From positions 1,495 through 65,494 of the forward strand of contig DASZOU010000035.1 in assembly GCA_035550655.1 (NCBI GenBank): a stretch of DNA of 64,000 nucleotides, in the 5' to 3' direction. A model generated the notes under the pieces. That model saw only the letters and a list, made by a program, of their open reading frames with translations, did no database searches and was not told the DNA's origin. The stretch comes from Mycobacteriales bacterium (GTDB lineage Bacteria > Actinomycetota > Actinomycetes > JAFAQI01). This document shows, in pieces, positions 17,779-26,757 of this stretch (position 1 is the stretch's first letter; each line of letters starts with the position of its first letter). The position numbers and the translations under genes are program-made.

Positions 17779-18608
17779 CCGCGCCTGCTCGTTGTCGTCT
17801 TCTTGGCTGCCGCCTTCTTCGCCGCGGCCTTCTTCGCCGGGGCGGCCACCTTCTTGCGGGGAGCCCTCTTCTTCGGCTTGGGCGGCGTTCCGAGGAATAC
17901 GGCACGCGCGAGGTCGTCACGCTCGAGCAGCTCCGCGGTCTTGCCCTCGAAGCGGATCTCGCCCTTCTCCATGAAGACTGCGCGCTCGCAGATCGCGGCA
18001 GCCACGTTGAGGCTCTGCTCGACCACGATGAGCGACACGCCGGTGGCGCGGATCCCGCGCACCGCCTCGAGCAAGGCCTCGACGACGGTGGGCGCGAGGC
18101 CAAGCGAGAGCTCGTCGATGCAGAGCACCTTCGGCTCGAGCAGGACCGCCTTCGCAAGTGCAAGCTGCTGCTGCTCGCCACCGGACATTGTGCCGGCACG
18201 CTGACTCCGGCGCTCAGCCAGTCGTGGGAACAGCTCGTACGCGCGCAGGATGCCGGCGCGCACGGCGCGGGAGTCGCGGCGGATCGTGAACCCGGCCATC
18301 TCAAGGTTCTCGTGGACCGTCAGGTCGGCGAAGACCGCCTTGCCGCCGGGCACGAGAACGAGCCCGTCACGCACCCGGTCCTCGGCCGAACGCTCGGCGA
18401 AGTCGCGGCCCGAGAAGGAGATGCTGCCGCGGCTCGGCCGCTCGAGGCCGGAGACGACGCGCAGGAACGTCGACTTGCCCGCGCCATTGGTACCGAGCAA
18501 TGCAACCGCCTCGCCGTGGCTGACTTCGAGCGAGACCCCGAACAGAACCTGCAGCCGGCCATAGCTGAAGTCGATGCCTCTCACCGCGAGCAAGGGCTCC
18601 GCCGCCAT
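17775..18608 (-). CDS. ABC transporter ATP-binding protein (LivF-like) with a Lys/Ala-rich C-terminal tail
   Basis: Walker A GTNGAGKST, signature LSGGEQQ. The C-terminal 40 aa are GTPPKPKKRAPRKKVAAPAKKAAAKKAAAKKTTTSRRG. Confidence 0.85.
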   Translation of the reverse strand: MAAEPLLAVRGIDFSYGRLQVLFGVSLEVSHGEAVALLGTNGAGKSTFLRVVSGLERPSRGSISFSGRDFAERSAEDRVRDGLVLVPGGKAVFADLTVHENLEMAGFTIRRDSRAVRAGILRAYELFPRLAERRSQRAGTMSGGEQQQLALAKAVLLEPKVLCIDELSLGLAPTVVEALLEAVRGIRATGVSLIVVEQSLNVAAAICERAVFMEKGEIRFEGKTAELLERDDLARAVFLGTPPKPKKRAPRKKVAAPAKKAAAKKAAAKKTTTSRRG

Positions 18609-21439
18609 CAGGTGAGCGCTCCGGAACGCTTGATCGCGACATCACTGGTCCCGAGATACGTCGCGACGACCAGGTCGTTGGAGCGCACCTCCTCGGGAGT
18701 GCCGCATGAGATGACCTGTCCACCGGCAAGCGCGTAGACCCGGTCACACAGGCTCATCAGCAAGGGCATGTCATGTTCGATCACCAGCACGCTGCACTGC
18801 AGGGAGTCGCGCACCTGCTTCAGCAATGGCCCGAACGCCTCCGCCTCGCGCTGCGCGAGCCCGGCGGTCGGCTCGTCGAGCAGCAGCACCCGGGGCGCCG
18901 CCGCCAACTGCGTCGCCAGCTCGCACACCCGCCGGGTCCCGGTCGACAACTCACCCGTCAGCGTCCCGGCCCACTCCTGCAACCCCAGCGCCTCGATGAT
19001 CTCGGCGGCACGGGCCGCGGCACGTCGCTCCGTCATGCGGGACCACGGGGCTGCAACTGCCGCTCCAATCGTGCCGACCCGCTCGTGCTGGGCAAGCGAA
19101 ACCCGCAGCGCCTCGCTCACCGTCAGCCCAGGGAACAGTCGTGCCTCCTGGAAGTTGCGGCCGAGACCGAGGTGCGCCCGCCGACTTGGTGGCACGCCGG
19201 TGACCGGCTGACCGAACAGGCTCACCGTGCCGCTGGAGGCGGCCAGGTGACCGGAAACGACGTTCATCAACGTCGTCTTGCCGGCGCCGTTCGGCCCGAT
19301 GAGTCCGACGATCTCGCCCGGCCCGACCTCGAGGTCGACGTCGTACAAGATCGCTCGACCGCCGATGCGGGTGGAAAGCGCATCGAGGCGCAGCGGCACG
19401 CCGTTGCCGGGGGCGGCGGTGACCCGCAACGGTTCGACCGCCTGCCGCGGGGCTGGCACGTGCGGCGCAACCAGGTCGGGCGCGTCGCGGCCTTCGACGT
19501 CCGAGGCCACCGATCGAAGGAAGCGTTCCCACCAACCCTGCGCGATGCTCGCGAGTCCGCCAGGTCGGAGTAGCGGGATCACGACAAGGCCGACCCCACC
19601 GAGGACCAGCTGGAAGCCGATCTGCTGCCCGAACGAGCCGAACACCGACGTGAGGTGTGGGCTGATGAAGAAGGCCGGAAAATAGATCGCGAACGCACCG
19701 GCGATCGCGCCCGACACGGACCCGAGACCGCCGATCACTGCCGGGGCAAGCAGCACGAGCGAGAGCTGGGCGGGTACGAGGTCGATGGACATCGACTGCC
19801 AGGCGAGCCCCCAGAGCACACCCGCGGCAGCAACGATCGCGCCCGACACAGCAAGCGCAGACAGCCGTACCGCCGCCGGTGCGACACCGAAGCTCGACAC
19901 GGCTCTCGGGTTGTCGCGGGCAGCGACCATGAGTTGCCCCGGCAGCGCCCGCCGGATCAGCCGAGCTGCCGCCACCACGAAGACGAGGAGCGCGAGGGCG
20001 ACGTAGTAGAGCCCGAGCCGCGAGTGCAGGATGCCGAACGGCTCCAGACCGACGTCGTCGACAACCACGGCGGCGTTGCCCGGCGCGCCGAGCCAGGACT
20101 GGTCGAACAACCACGTCGGCGCGACGACGGCAAGACCGAGCGTCGTCACCGCTACCGCGAGACCACCGGTACGGACGGCCGGTAGACCGATAAGAACCAT
20201 CAGCGCGGCTCCGGCCGCGGCGGCGATCAGCAGAATGAGTGGGAGCGATAGTCCGTGATGGCCGAGCTTCGCGCACAGATAGGCACCCAATCCGAGCAAC
20301 GCGAACTGACCGAGACTCACCTGGCCGGACCAGCCAACCAGCATCGTCAGCGCGACGCTCGCGGTCGCCATCACCACGATGACCGTCAGGTCGAACCGGC
20401 TGCTCAATGAGTTGAAGTAAGGCAGGACCGGGAACAACGCAGCGATCCAAAGCGAGCCGATTCCGAGTAGCGCGGCCTGACGACGCACCACGAACCGGTC
20501 GCGCACGGATGCGGGGACCGCAGTCGGCCGGATCTCCTCCGAGGCGGCGAGCTCACCCGACCGCATCCCCGCGATCGCGCGGCCACGCGAGATGACGATC
20601 AGTGCAACCAGCACGAACACGACGAGCTCCGACGGGCCCGTACTGTTGCTGAGCGCGAGGGAGACCTGCTCCGCCTCACCGATCAGCAGTCCGCCGATCA
20701 GCGCCATCGGCACGCTGGTGAAGCCACCGAGCGCTGCAGCACCCAGTGCCCGCAGCAACAGGTCAGGGCCGAACCCGGCCGCGTTATAGGTGCCCTGGCT
20801 CGGTGCCTGCAGCACCGCGGTGATCGCGCTGAGCCCTCCGGCAATCGCCCACGAGAAGGCGTTCACTCGCCGGAGCGGAATGCCGCACAACCGCGCCGAG
20901 TCTGGGTTGGTCGCGCATGCGCGAATCGCCTTCCCCCACACGCTGCGCCAAAGGAAGAGGCCGAGCGCCGCGGCGAGGATCGGCACCAGGATGAGGATCA
21001 GGATGTGCTGCCCGCCAAGCACGATCCCTGCGACGGTGAACGACTTGTGAAGCGGCAGCGGGTAACCCTGGAACTGCAGTCGCGTGACATCGGGCTGCAC
21101 CGCCGGGATGTAGTTGAGCGCCAGGAGCAGCTCGGAGATCCCGACGCTGACCAAGAGCATCGTCGACGGGCTGCGCTGCTGCGTGATCAGTCGCCGGATG
21201 ATGAAACGCTCGACCAGCAAGCCGACAGCTGCGCCGATTGCAATGACGACTGGAAATGCCGCCCACCAGCTCCACCCGTCATCGAGCACGAACTTCGAGA
21301 GCAACAGAGCGGACAGCGCGCCGAACTGCGCGTGAGCAAGATTGAGGAAGCGGTTCGTCTTGTAGACGAGGACGATGCCAACCGCGAGCAGCGCATAGGT
21401 CAGGCCACTGACGAACCCAAGGACCAGTCCTCCGCCCAT
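18608..21439 (-). CDS. fused branched-chain-type ABC transporter: LivH permease + LivM permease + LivG ATPase in one 943-aa polypeptide
   Basis: Two successive polytopic permease blocks, then a C-terminal ATPase (GPNGAGKTTLMN, LSTGTRR, LLLDEPTAGL). Stop and start are coupled on both sides. Confidence 0.85.
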   Translation of the reverse strand: MGGGLVLGFVSGLTYALLAVGIVLVYKTNRFLNLAHAQFGALSALLLSKFVLDDGWSWWAAFPVVIAIGAAVGLLVERFIIRRLITQQRSPSTMLLVSVGISELLLALNYIPAVQPDVTRLQFQGYPLPLHKSFTVAGIVLGGQHILILILVPILAAALGLFLWRSVWGKAIRACATNPDSARLCGIPLRRVNAFSWAIAGGLSAITAVLQAPSQGTYNAAGFGPDLLLRALGAAALGGFTSVPMALIGGLLIGEAEQVSLALSNSTGPSELVVFVLVALIVISRGRAIAGMRSGELAASEEIRPTAVPASVRDRFVVRRQAALLGIGSLWIAALFPVLPYFNSLSSRFDLTVIVVMATASVALTMLVGWSGQVSLGQFALLGLGAYLCAKLGHHGLSLPLILLIAAAAGAALMVLIGLPAVRTGGLAVAVTTLGLAVVAPTWLFDQSWLGAPGNAAVVVDDVGLEPFGILHSRLGLYYVALALLVFVVAAARLIRRALPGQLMVAARDNPRAVSSFGVAPAAVRLSALAVSGAIVAAAGVLWGLAWQSMSIDLVPAQLSLVLLAPAVIGGLGSVSGAIAGAFAIYFPAFFISPHLTSVFGSFGQQIGFQLVLGGVGLVVIPLLRPGGLASIAQGWWERFLRSVASDVEGRDAPDLVAPHVPAPRQAVEPLRVTAAPGNGVPLRLDALSTRIGGRAILYDVDLEVGPGEIVGLIGPNGAGKTTLMNVVSGHLAASSGTVSLFGQPVTGVPPSRRAHLGLGRNFQEARLFPGLTVSEALRVSLAQHERVGTIGAAVAAPWSRMTERRAAARAAEIIEALGLQEWAGTLTGELSTGTRRVCELATQLAAAPRVLLLDEPTAGLAQREAEAFGPLLKQVRDSLQCSVLVIEHDMPLLMSLCDRVYALAGGQVISCGTPEEVRSNDLVVATYLGTSDVAIKRSGALT

Positions 21440-21442
21440 GGG

Positions 21443-23020
21443 CTAGTAGGAAGGCCCGAAGCCGGAGAGAACCTTCCAGCACCTACAGTAACCGTGCCAC
21501 TGGATCGCTCGCGTGAACATGTTGCCCGTCACCTGGCCGCGAGCCGACCACAACGAGTCGCCGATGTAGGCCGAGTAGAAGCGGCTCATGGTGCCGAGCT
21601 GCTGCACGAGGCGAAGGGGCGAGGGGTTCGGGCCCGCGTTGTCGATTGCCTGAGCCATGAAGCGCACCTGATCGCACTGGCCAGCCGCAGCGTCATCGGC
21701 GTTCTCGTTCTTGATGGTTGGCTGCTTGTTGTTGACCATGATCTTGTTGCACAGCTTCAGCCCCGGCGAGTAGATGTGAGAGTTCAACTCACCCGAGTGC
21801 GTACTGGTGATGGCGATCGCCCCGTCGAAGTTTTTCGCCCATTTCGACGATCCCGAGCCAAGCGTCGTCGTTCCGTAGTCAGAGGCGAGGTATCTCGGGT
21901 GATAGTTCTGCTGACCGGCGTCCGACACGAAGTTCTCGTTGTTCAGGATCGAAGATGCGAGGAAGACAGTGTCGGCACCAGACGACTTCGCCTTGGCCAC
22001 GCTTTGCGCGATCTGCGTCGGAGAGCCGACCAGCTCACACGTCAGCTTGTAGCTGCCGATCTGGCTGTTCGCCACGCCGGACTTCAGCAGGTCGCTGACC
22101 ATCTCGGCGTTCGCCGAGGGCAAGCAGCTGTCCTGGAACAGGAAGACTTTCTTGAAGCTTGGCTTCTTCCAGTACCCCCGCGCCGCTGCACCGAGGATGC
22201 CGTTACGCACTTGTTGCTCTGAGGAGTCGATCGGGCTGAAGAGATATGGGTAGTCGTTACGTGCCTGCGTCGCGCCGGGCGACGTACCGGTCTCGAGTGG
22301 CAGATGGTTGCGGACGAAGCACTCTTGCGAGACTGGTGTCACGTATGCACCGGTGTTGATAACCGCGATCGGCCTGTCCTGCACCATCTGCAGGCACGAG
22401 GACTGCTGACTGTTGGAGTCGATCGGGTTCACCTTGTAGATCTTGACGACGAGCCTGCGGCCGCACGCGATCCCGCCGTGATGATTGACATAGTTCGCCA
22501 CGCTGTTGACGATCCCGACCTGGTTCGTCGGGATGTTGAAGGCAGCATTGCCAACGGCGCCCGCCAGTTGAACGATCGCGACGTCGACCCGGACCTCTGT
22601 GGGTGTCACGCCTTGTGCGCTCGCCAGCTTGACGCCGTCACACTGGTCGGTTGGTGCAGGGGCCCCGCTCTTGCCCGGTTTGGGCGCATGACCGTGACCA
22701 TGGGTCGACGGTGTCGCGGGTGGGCCAGCGTTGTGCTTGCCGGGCAATTGCTGGTCCCCGTGGCGATGTTTCCCACCACCCGACGGCGAATGCTTCGGCG
22801 TCACCGACGAGCCGTGGTGGCCGCGTCCCGCTGACGCGGTCGGAAAGGCGCTCCCGGGAGCCGGTCCACCGAGTGGACCCGAGTCGTGGGCGCCGTTACT
22901 TACCGGGGCGAGCGCGAGCGCAAGGAGCGAGAGCACGACGAGCGAGGCGAGCGCGGCGCCCCAGCGCTCGGCGGTCGGGCCCTTCCGTAGCCACAGCCGG
23001 AAGTGCGCGAACCGTGGCAA
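21443..23020 (-). CDS. Liv/HAAT-type ABC substrate-binding protein with a His/Gly/Pro-rich N-terminal linker
   Basis: Signal peptide, then GRGHHGSSVTPKHSPSGGGKHRHGDQQLPGKHNAGPPATPSTHGHGHAPKPGKSG, then a PBP1 fold paralogous to 4250..5767. TTG start at 23020 with GACGAGGAGCGGGGC upstream. GC content is lower than the surroundings. Confidence 0.75.
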   Translation of the reverse strand: MPRFAHFRLWLRKGPTAERWGAALASLVVLSLLALALAPVSNGAHDSGPLGGPAPGSAFPTASAGRGHHGSSVTPKHSPSGGGKHRHGDQQLPGKHNAGPPATPSTHGHGHAPKPGKSGAPAPTDQCDGVKLASAQGVTPTEVRVDVAIVQLAGAVGNAAFNIPTNQVGIVNSVANYVNHHGGIACGRRLVVKIYKVNPIDSNSQQSSCLQMVQDRPIAVINTGAYVTPVSQECFVRNHLPLETGTSPGATQARNDYPYLFSPIDSSEQQVRNGILGAAARGYWKKPSFKKVFLFQDSCLPSANAEMVSDLLKSGVANSQIGSYKLTCELVGSPTQIAQSVAKAKSSGADTVFLASSILNNENFVSDAGQQNYHPRYLASDYGTTTLGSGSSKWAKNFDGAIAITSTHSGELNSHIYSPGLKLCNKIMVNNKQPTIKNENADDAAAGQCDQVRFMAQAIDNAGPNPSPLRLVQQLGTMSRFYSAYIGDSLWSARGQVTGNMFTRAIQWHGYCRCWKVLSGFGPSY

Positions 23021-23039
23021 GCCCCGCTCCTCGTCGCTA

Positions 23040-23058
23040 GGTAGAATGCTGTTCTACC
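23040..23058. promoter_or_regulatory. inverted repeat GGTAGAA-tgctg-TTCTACC, second copy of the operator-like motif
   Basis: Same half-sites and spacing as 6031..6049. Lies 20 bp upstream of the substrate-binding-protein start and about 80 bp upstream of the divergent SDR start. Confidence 0.5.
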
Positions 23059-23135
23059 CAAGCAAACCGGGGTCTTGCCCGTCAATAGACTCTCGCCTGC
23101 CGAATGGGTCGACGCTGGAGCGAGGGACAGACGCG

Positions 23136-24038
23136 ATGGGGATTTGCGACGGACGGGTTGTGGCGATCACGGGGGCCGGCAACGGCATCGGTCGTGAGCA
23201 CGCGCTGTTGTTCGGGAAGGAAGGCGCCAAGGTCGTCGTCAACGACGTCGGCGGGGCGCGTGACGGCACCGGTAGTGACGCAGGCGCAGCGCAGGCCGTC
23301 GTCGACGAGATCACCGCAGCAGGTGGCACCGCCGTCGCCAACACCAGCAACATCGCGACCCACGCCGGGGCCAAGGAGCTCGTCGACCAGGCGATCGCCG
23401 AGTTCGGCGACATCCACGCCGTCGTCAACAACGCGGGCATCCTTCGTGACCGGATGCTCGTCAACATGACCGAAGACGAGTGGGATGCCGTCATCGCCGT
23501 CCACCTCAAGGGCACGTACGGCGTCATGCATCACGCCGCGGCGTACTGGCGCGACCAGTCAAAGGCAGGCAAGGCGGTCGACGCCCGGATCATCAACACC
23601 TCGTCGGCATCAGGCGTGTTCGGCAACCTGGGCCAAACCAACTATGGCGCCGCGAAAGCAGGCATCGCGGCGATGACGATCATCGCGGCAGGCGAGCTCG
23701 GGCGGTACGGCGTGACCGTCAACGCGATCTCGCCGACGGCGCTGACGCGAATGACGGAGGACCTCGCCGGGTTCAAGGCCGAGGGCGCGGCAGCCGGCCT
23801 GCCACCTGCTGGGATCTCCCCACTGGTCGTTTGGCTCGCGAGCGCCGAATCTGCCGGTATCACCGGTCGCGTCTTCGGTGTACGCGGCGGCCGCATCACG
23901 GTCTTCGAAGGATGGGTGAACGGCCCGTTCGCCGAGACGGACGGGATCTGGGATCCGGCTGCGCTCTCCGAGGTGGTTCCGGGACTGGTCGCGGAGGCTG
24001 CACCCAATGCCGGCATGGACGGCGTCAGGCGCCCGTGA
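23136..24038 (+). CDS. SDR family oxidoreductase
   Basis: ITGAGNGIGREHA, NNAG, YGAAKAG motifs. ATG at 23136. The ORF-track extension back to 22731 is rejected. Confidence 0.85.
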   Translation: MGICDGRVVAITGAGNGIGREHALLFGKEGAKVVVNDVGGARDGTGSDAGAAQAVVDEITAAGGTAVANTSNIATHAGAKELVDQAIAEFGDIHAVVNNAGILRDRMLVNMTEDEWDAVIAVHLKGTYGVMHHAAAYWRDQSKAGKAVDARIINTSSASGVFGNLGQTNYGAAKAGIAAMTIIAAGELGRYGVTVNAISPTALTRMTEDLAGFKAEGAAAGLPPAGISPLVVWLASAESAGITGRVFGVRGGRITVFEGWVNGPFAETDGIWDPAALSEVVPGLVAEAAPNAGMDGVRRP

Positions 24039-24817
24039 TGCTCGAGGGCAAGTCGGTGCTGGTGGTCGGGGTCGGTCCCGGGCTCGGCAAGGAGATCGCG
24101 CGCGTCGCCCATCGCGATGGCGCAAGCGTCTTCCTGGCTGCGCGCCGTGAGGCGAACCTGCGTGAGGCCGCCGACGAGCTCGACCCGTCGGGCGAGCGCA
24201 TCGGCTACCGCGCGACGGACATCACCGACACCGAGCAGCTCACGCAGCTCGTCGACGCGGTGGTCGAACGGTTCGGCAAGCTCGACGGCCTCGCGATCTG
24301 CGCCAGCAACGACAGCGGCATGGGTGGGCTGGAAAGCACCACCGACAAGCAGTGGCGGGCGACTTTCGAGGTCAACGTCTTCGCGACCGCCAACACGGTG
24401 CGCGCCGCGTTCCCGGCGTTGAAGCAGCACGGTGGATCCGTCGTGTTCATCGGCTCCCAACAGTGGAACCACCCGTCCCGCGACGTGCAGCAGCTCGCGT
24501 ACGGCGCGTCCAAGGGTGCGGGCGTCTCGATGATGTACGGCCTCGCGCATGAGCTGGGAGCGCACAAGATCAGGGTCAACACGGTGGTGCCGAGCTGGAT
24601 GTGGGGTCCGAACGTCGGCCTGTACGTCGACTGGCAGTCCGGCGTCCAGGGCCGCCCCAAGGAGGACATCCGCGCGGAGCTCGACGCGAAGTTCGCGACG
24701 GGCGAGATGGCCACGGACCGCGACGTCGCCGAGGCGGTCGGCTTCCTGCTGTCCGACCGCGCGCGCAGCATCACGGCGCAGACCCTTCACGTGAACGCGG
24801 GCGAGTTCCCGCGTTAG
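24038..24817 (+). CDS. SDR family oxidoreductase
   Basis: VVGVGPGLGKEIA and YGASKGA motifs. The ATG overlaps the upstream stop (TGATG). Confidence 0.85.
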   Translation: MLEGKSVLVVGVGPGLGKEIARVAHRDGASVFLAARREANLREAADELDPSGERIGYRATDITDTEQLTQLVDAVVERFGKLDGLAICASNDSGMGGLESTTDKQWRATFEVNVFATANTVRAAFPALKQHGGSVVFIGSQQWNHPSRDVQQLAYGASKGAGVSMMYGLAHELGAHKIRVNTVVPSWMWGPNVGLYVDWQSGVQGRPKEDIRAELDAKFATGEMATDRDVAEAVGFLLSDRARSITAQTLHVNAGEFPR

Positions 24818-25395
24818 TGGTCGACCTCGATCTGCAACGTGTTGATGAAGGTCGCGAGCATTCCGTAATGCCCGGCAAGCAGTAGGAACTCGATCGCATC
24901 GCGTTCCGGCAGGTGCGTGCGCAGCTCCGTCCAGGTCGCGTCGTCGAGGTTGCGGGTCGCGTGGAGCTGGTCGCAGGCGGAGAGCAGCGCGAGGTCCCGG
25001 CCGGTCCAGCCGTACAGGTCGGGGCTGGTCGCGCGCTCGATCTCGTCAGCCGTCAACCCGGCGCGACTGCCGAGCCGCCGATGGTGATCCAGCTCGTAGT
25101 CGCAGTCGTTGCGCCACGCGGTCCGCAGGATCACGAGCTCGGTGTCGCGTCGCGGCAGCTTGCCGCGCGGCATCATCCGCCCGGCAAAGAACAACCAGGC
25201 GCGGAACAGCGATCTGTGGCGCGCCATCGTCGTGAACAAGTGCGGAAGGCCCGGCACCCGCGCTGCCTTTGCGCCCGCCGAGATCATCGTCCAGTTGACC
25301 AGCCCGATGTCGCGGCGACGGCCGGGCGTGATGCGCGGGGTCCGCTCCGGCGAGTCCCCCCGCCGCTCAGAGCCGGAGCCGGTCGAGCCGGCCAC
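24814..25395 (-). CDS. carboxymuconolactone decarboxylase (CMD/AhpD-like) family protein
   Basis: Family region MPRGKLPRRDTELVILRTAWRNDCDYELDHH. GTG start overlaps the upstream SDR stop. Confidence 0.7.
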   Translation of the reverse strand: MAGSTGSGSERRGDSPERTPRITPGRRRDIGLVNWTMISAGAKAARVPGLPHLFTTMARHRSLFRAWLFFAGRMMPRGKLPRRDTELVILRTAWRNDCDYELDHHRRLGSRAGLTADEIERATSPDLYGWTGRDLALLSACDQLHATRNLDDATWTELRTHLPERDAIEFLLLAGHYGMLATFINTLQIEVDH

Positions 25396-26249
25396 TACGA
25401 CTCGGCCTTCATCGAGCGGTACATGATCGTGTTCGCGACCCGCATGAACAGGTTGTATCCGTGCGGCGCAAACCGCTTCACGACGTACAGCAACCGGATG
25501 TCGCCCGACGTGTACACGAGGTAGCGCTTCGCGATGACGCCTTTGATGATCGCCTCGGCCGCTTGATCGGGCGTGACGGCGCGCTTGCGGAAGCGGTGCT
25601 GGAGCTTCTGAAACCGTTTGCTCGAGGTGTCGACGCCGGCCACCTCGATCGTCGAGGTGAGCGGGGTGTCCACACCGCCCGGTACGACGACGCTCACGCC
25701 GATGTCATGGCGTCGCAGGTCGTACCGCAGCACTTCAGACAGGCCGCGCAGACCGAACTTGCTCGCGCTGTAGGCGCCGTGCCAGGGCAGGCCGAACAAC
25801 CCGGCGGCCGACGAGACGTTGACCAGATGGCCGCCGCGAGCGGCCTCGACCATCTTCGGCACGAACGACTCGATGACGTGGATCGGACCCATGAGGTTGA
25901 CGTCGATCACCGACCGCCACTGCTCGTGGCTCATCCGCTCGACGGTTCCCCAGATCGCGATGCCGGCGACGTTCATGACGATGTCAGCGGCAACCGCTTG
26001 CTTGTGCACTACCGCGGCGAAGCCGCGTACCTCGCCGATCTCCCGCACGTCGAGTGCCTGTACGACGCCGACCCTTCCGCCCGCCGCCTTGATCGACGCC
26101 GCGGTCTCCTCGAGCAGCGCGGCATTGCGATCCGTGATGTGCACGATCGCGCCGCGGTCCGCAGCCGCGAGGGCAACGGCGCGTCCGATGCCGCTAGCGG
26201 CGCCAGTGACGACGACGTGCTTGCCGTCGAATGACGGGTGCGGGTTCAC
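25395..26249 (-). CDS. SDR family oxidoreductase
   Basis: VTGAASGIGRAVA, NVAG, YSASKFG motifs. GTG start 7 nt after GGAGGG. Confidence 0.85.
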   Translation of the reverse strand: MNPHPSFDGKHVVVTGAASGIGRAVALAAADRGAIVHITDRNAALLEETAASIKAAGGRVGVVQALDVREIGEVRGFAAVVHKQAVAADIVMNVAGIAIWGTVERMSHEQWRSVIDVNLMGPIHVIESFVPKMVEAARGGHLVNVSSAAGLFGLPWHGAYSASKFGLRGLSEVLRYDLRRHDIGVSVVVPGGVDTPLTSTIEVAGVDTSSKRFQKLQHRFRKRAVTPDQAAEAIIKGVIAKRYLVYTSGDIRLLYVVKRFAPHGYNLFMRVANTIMYRSMKAES

Positions 26250-26420
26250 TGCGAGCCCTCCATGTGGAAGGTGAACATCTTGTCAGCCACGATGCGCACG
26301 CCCGCGGCCTCGGAGTCGTCGAGCCGGGCCGGCTGTGGCAGCACTGTCGTCGAGCAGCCGCTGTAGAGCCGCGAGCTCCTCCTCCGTCTCCCTCACGTCC
26401 GCGGACGCTAGCGGACGCCG

Positions 26421-26711
26421 TCAGATGGCGGCGGAGAGCAGCGGCTCGATCCGATGGGCGTACTCGACGTCGAGGTTCGTGACCCCGCCGGCCGAGTGCG
26501 TCGACATCATGATCGTCACCTCGTCACCGGAGATGTCGAGGTCCGGGTCGTGGTTCATCTCCCGCGCGACCCGCTCCATCTCCTCGAGCAGCGCCGGCTG
26601 CTCGCCGGCCGGGACCGTCACAGTGCGGGCGATCCCAGCCCGGTCGCCGTGCCATCCCTGCAGCCCGTCCAGAGCGGTCCGTAGCTCGTCGTCATCCAGC
26701 AGCTCGGCCAT
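26421..26711 (-). CDS. 4a-hydroxytetrahydrobiopterin (pterin-4a-carbinolamine) dehydratase-like protein
   Basis: About 96 aa from ATG at 26711 (RBS GAGGAGGACGC). The EMNHDPDLDISGDEVTIMMSTHS core resembles the PCD/DCoH family. The ORF-track start at 26768 is rejected. Confidence 0.65.
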   Translation of the reverse strand: MAELLDDDELRTALDGLQGWHGDRAGIARTVTVPAGEQPALLEEMERVAREMNHDPDLDISGDEVTIMMSTHSAGGVTNLDVEYAHRIEPLLSAAI

Positions 26712-26757
26712 GCGTCCTCCTCGGGTTTCCGCACTCCCTCCGGCATAGCCTTCCACC

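Noticed and set aside
17790-17880. Short tandem codon repeats (gccgccttcttcgcc...) considered as a VNTR or CRISPR-like array
   Set aside because: They encode the AKKAAAKK tail of the LivF-like protein in frame. There is no spacer-repeat architecture.
22731-23135. N-terminal extension of the SDR at 23136 back to 22731
   Set aside because: It would overlap the substrate-binding-protein gene on the opposite strand and cross the divergent promoter region. The SDR Rossmann motif begins right after the ATG at 23136.
26397-26420. Hairpin CGTCCGC-n8-GCGGACG downstream of the PCD-like gene as an intrinsic terminator
   Set aside because: There is no U-tract on the transcribed strand and the stem is short. 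It is not distinguishable from background GC-rich dyads.
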